This document shows positions 37,932 through 39,300 of a DNA stretch of 39,300 nucleotides, piece by piece (positions within the stretch are counted from its first letter, which is position 1; each line of letters begins with the position of its first letter). This DNA is from Gemmatimonadota bacterium. Lineage in GTDB: Bacteria > Gemmatimonadota > Gemmatimonadetes > Palauibacterales > Palauibacteraceae. Position numbers and translations under genes: made by a program. The stretch spans positions 1 to 39,300 of the forward strand of contig JBHIAV010000028.1 of assembly GCA_046758745.1 (NCBI GenBank), written 5' to 3'. The notes beneath the pieces are model-generated. The model saw only the letters and a program-made list of their open reading frames with translations. It did no database searches and had not been told where the DNA came from.

Positions 37932-38788
37932 TGCGCTACCCGGAACGTGAGCGCCGGCGGATCGCCGCCCTCCGGCGTGAGCGTTCCGAGCTCGGCGAAG
38001 TCCTCTCCTTTCTGGAACGGGTCGCCGAGGCGGCCGGCCGCTTTTTTGCCGACGGCTTCGAGCTCCCCCGGTTGCGCCAAGCGGTGGTCGGATCTCCACC
38101 TCTCCTACCCGGCCGATTCCCCATCGATGAGGCGGCCGCGGCGAAGGCCTTTCGAGCGTTCCTCGAGGCCTTCCTGGACGCCACGGGAAGCGAGGCGGCG
38201 AAGAAGACGATGACCGCGCTGCGGGAGGACCGGCTGGATCCTCGACGGCTGGTCCGAGCGTATTGCTCGGCGGACACCGATGCGTTCGAGGAGGCGGGAC
38301 GCCAGGAGGGGCTGGACGCGGAGCTGCTCGTGAACCTGGCCGAGCTGGCACTGAAGCCTCAGTTCATCGCCGCCGCGCAGGCTCTGGAGAAGGAGACCGA
38401 GAAGGCGCCCGATCGCTCCGATCGGTGCCCCGCCTGTGGATCCCCCCCGGACCTGGCCCTGATCACCGACCGCCCGGACGCCAAGCACACGATGGTGGCG
38501 ATTTGCCGGCTGTGCGAGAGCGAGTGGCCGATCCGCAGAGTCCGCTGTCTCCACTGCGGCAACGAGGACAGCGACACCCTCTCATACCTGAAGGCGGAGG
38601 GTGAGGACGAGGGTCGCGTCAGCATCTGTGAGTTGTGCCGCCGTTATCTGCTCGTCCTCGACGTCCGGGGCCGGCTGGATGTGGCCCCAGGGGTGGAGCG
38701 CGCGGCACTGGTGCATCTGGACATCGTGGCCCAGAAGCGGGGCGCCCGTCCGCTCACCGTCCTGCTTGGGCGCGGCTCCGACGGGTAG
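37931..38788 (+). CDS. fdhE: Formate dehydrogenase accessory protein FdhE
   Basis: TGATG overlap with fdnI; CPACGSPP, CRLCESEW, CLHCGN, CELCRRYL, HLDIVAQ. Confidence 0.9.
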   Translation: MRYPERERRRIAALRRERSELGEVLSFLERVAEAAGRFFADGFELPRLRQAVVGSPPLLPGRFPIDEAAAAKAFRAFLEAFLDATGSEAAKKTMTALREDRLDPRRLVRAYCSADTDAFEEAGRQEGLDAELLVNLAELALKPQFIAAAQALEKETEKAPDRSDRCPACGSPPDLALITDRPDAKHTMVAICRLCESEWPIRRVRCLHCGNEDSDTLSYLKAEGEDEGRVSICELCRRYLLVLDVRGRLDVAPGVERAALVHLDIVAQKRGARPLTVLLGRGSDG

Positions 38789-38824
38789 ACGGAGCCGCCT
38801 CAGGCGGCAGCTGCCGCACGACAT

Positions 38825-39300
38825 CTACATGTCGAGCGGCCTGTCCGGGTCTCGAGTGGCGCTGAGTGGCTCCGTCCGGAACTGAAGCGCTTCCAGGTAA
38901 GGGTGCTTCTCACCCTTCATCATGCCCGTGGCGATCTTGCCGAACGCCATGCGCGCCTCGGCCGGCGTCTTTTCGCCCGTGACCACGTCATTCGCCAGGT
39001 TGAGAATCAGGAGGTCCAGCCCTTCCTTGAAGCAGGAGGCGACCAAGAGGCCCTTGGTGCGCATCGCGACCGCGCTGCCATCAAACTCGGCCAGCGTCGT
39101 GTACATGTTGACCGGTACCCTGTACGGGACGGCGATGTCGAGCACGTCTCCGTGCTCCAACGGGAAGTTGTGCGCCACTGCCGTGCTGTGGACGCGGATC
39201 CACACGTAAGGATCCTTGTTCTGCCACACCAGGAGGTCGCTGCCCACCATGTCGGGTGCGCCATATTTGTGGGCGATCTCCTCCGCTGTACTCTTCGCCG
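38825..39300 (-). CDS. Conserved hypothetical protein, partial (5' end beyond window)
   Basis: Open frame to the right edge: KYGAPD...HNFPLEHGDVL...YRVP...FDGSAVAMRTKG...SC.KE...LNLANDVVTG..T..EAR. Confidence 0.75.
   Translation of the reverse strand, partial: AKSTAEEIAHKYGAPDMVGSDLLVWQNKDPYVWIRVHSTAVAHNFPLEHGDVLDIAVPYRVPVNMYTTLAEFDGSAVAMRTKGLLVASCFKEGLDLLILNLANDVVTGEKTPAEARMAFGKIATGMMKGEKHPYLEALQFRTEPLSATRDPDRPLDM

Noticed and set aside
32726-38788. Formate dehydrogenase as direct electron donor to benzoyl-CoA reductase
   Set aside because: Fdn is periplasmic and quinone-linked, lies more than 11 kb away in a separate operon, and BCR needs cytoplasmic ferredoxin. Nothing in the sequence supports a link.

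Overview
High-GC bacterial DNA from a diderm organism. The gene content suggests an FCB-group lineage such as Gemmatimonadota, but this is an unverified inference. The window has five blocks. (1) 1-12.3 kb: a copper/heavy-metal island (YHS protein, Met-rich Spy/CpxP-like protein, DUF5676, CopA, cupredoxin, CDF exporter, PII-like protein, CzcCBA-type RND efflux with an upstream RPP-motif leader ORF). It shows several lesions: 5'-deleted czcA, a broken DUF2933-like gene, a kinase remnant and an H->R change in the CDF metal site. (2) 12.6-21.2 kb: a compact anaerobic benzoyl-CoA pathway operon (paaX-oah-dch-bcrC-bcrB-activase-activase-hypothetical-had) led by a PaaX-family regulator, with a 36-bp AT-rich palindrome upstream. 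(3) 21.4-30.4 kb: an uncharacterised envelope module (outer-membrane barrel, 729-aa exported alpha/alpha-barrel-like protein, monoheme cytochrome c, diguanylate cyclase, PHM-like copper monooxygenase) next to a NarL/HisKA_3 two-component pair. (4) An exported M1 peptidase. (5) A Cys-type formate dehydrogenase operon fdnGHI-fdhE and a partial conserved hypothetical gene. No rRNA, tRNA, CRISPR array or mobile element was seen. The best novelty candidates are the barrel/alpha-barrel/cytochrome c module with the PHM-like enzyme, the PaaX-led benzoyl-CoA reductase operon, and the RPP leader peptide.
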